This document shows positions 63,693 through 64,000 of a stretch of DNA of 64,000 nucleotides, one piece after another (positions within the stretch are counted from its first letter, which is position 1; every line of letters begins with the position of its first letter). The DNA is taken from contig OZ234494.1 of NCBI GenBank assembly GCA_965153455.1, forward strand, positions 6,510,001 to 6,574,000, read 5' to 3'. Under the pieces are notes generated by a model that was given only the letters and a program-made list of their open reading frames with translations, was not told the origin of the DNA and searched no databases. The stretch is from Sphagnum compactum. Taxonomy: Eukaryota. Position numbers and translations under genes: made by a program.

Positions 63693-64000
63693 GTGAGTCT
63701 TCTTCATGTAATTTGAGCCCCAGCTTTTTATTCTAGGTTTCTTTTCATAATTTTTTTTTGAGTCTTGAGATGGTGGAAAAAGAATTGGTGAGAGAGCAAA
63801 TTAGGTCAGATTGCTGACTTCCAATTGCAGTATAGAACAAGCACACAATCTATCCATGATTGGTTTTTCCTTAATGAGCAGACTTAGGTCAGATCCCTAG
63901 CATTTTTTCTGGTGTGTTTCTGGACAGGATGATATATTCATGAGTCAGAGGTAAAAAGAGCTTGCCCCTGACTTACATAGAGCGATGAGCAATCGAAGAA

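Overview
Eukaryotic, intron-containing land-plant DNA. By repeat content and style it is most likely a moss such as Sphagnum (inference). Six protein-coding genes can be modelled exon by exon. They are a single-module NRPS-like enzyme of the AASDH/ACSF4/AAE19 family (adenylation-thiolation-PQQ propeller; 16 exons, minus), a NEMP-family nuclear envelope membrane protein (11 exons, plus), an intronless TSPO (minus), a maspardin/SPG21 alpha/beta-hydrolase whose last exon carries a 3 x 47-aa tandem repeat (8 exons, minus), an ADP/ATP carrier of the At5g56450/PM-ANT type (plus), and the first two exons of an OTU deubiquitinase (plus, runs off the window). The gene-poor, AT-rich remainder holds recognisable non-autonomous DNA transposons (mini-CACTA, Tc1/pogo-like MITE, hAT MITE, GGCC-ended MITE family, short Helitrons), a decayed hAT transposase, microsatellites and telomere-like repeats. 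I see no rRNA, intact tRNA, CRISPR array or conserved miRNA that I can recall. I cannot demonstrate a wholly new multi-gene system. The best leads are the NRPS-like enzyme with an Ebony-type FVD motif, the maspardin C-terminal repeat expansion, a telobox kissing-loop/G4 hairpin pair at 14.5 kb, G-rich splice acceptors, and two candidate spliced non-coding transcripts.
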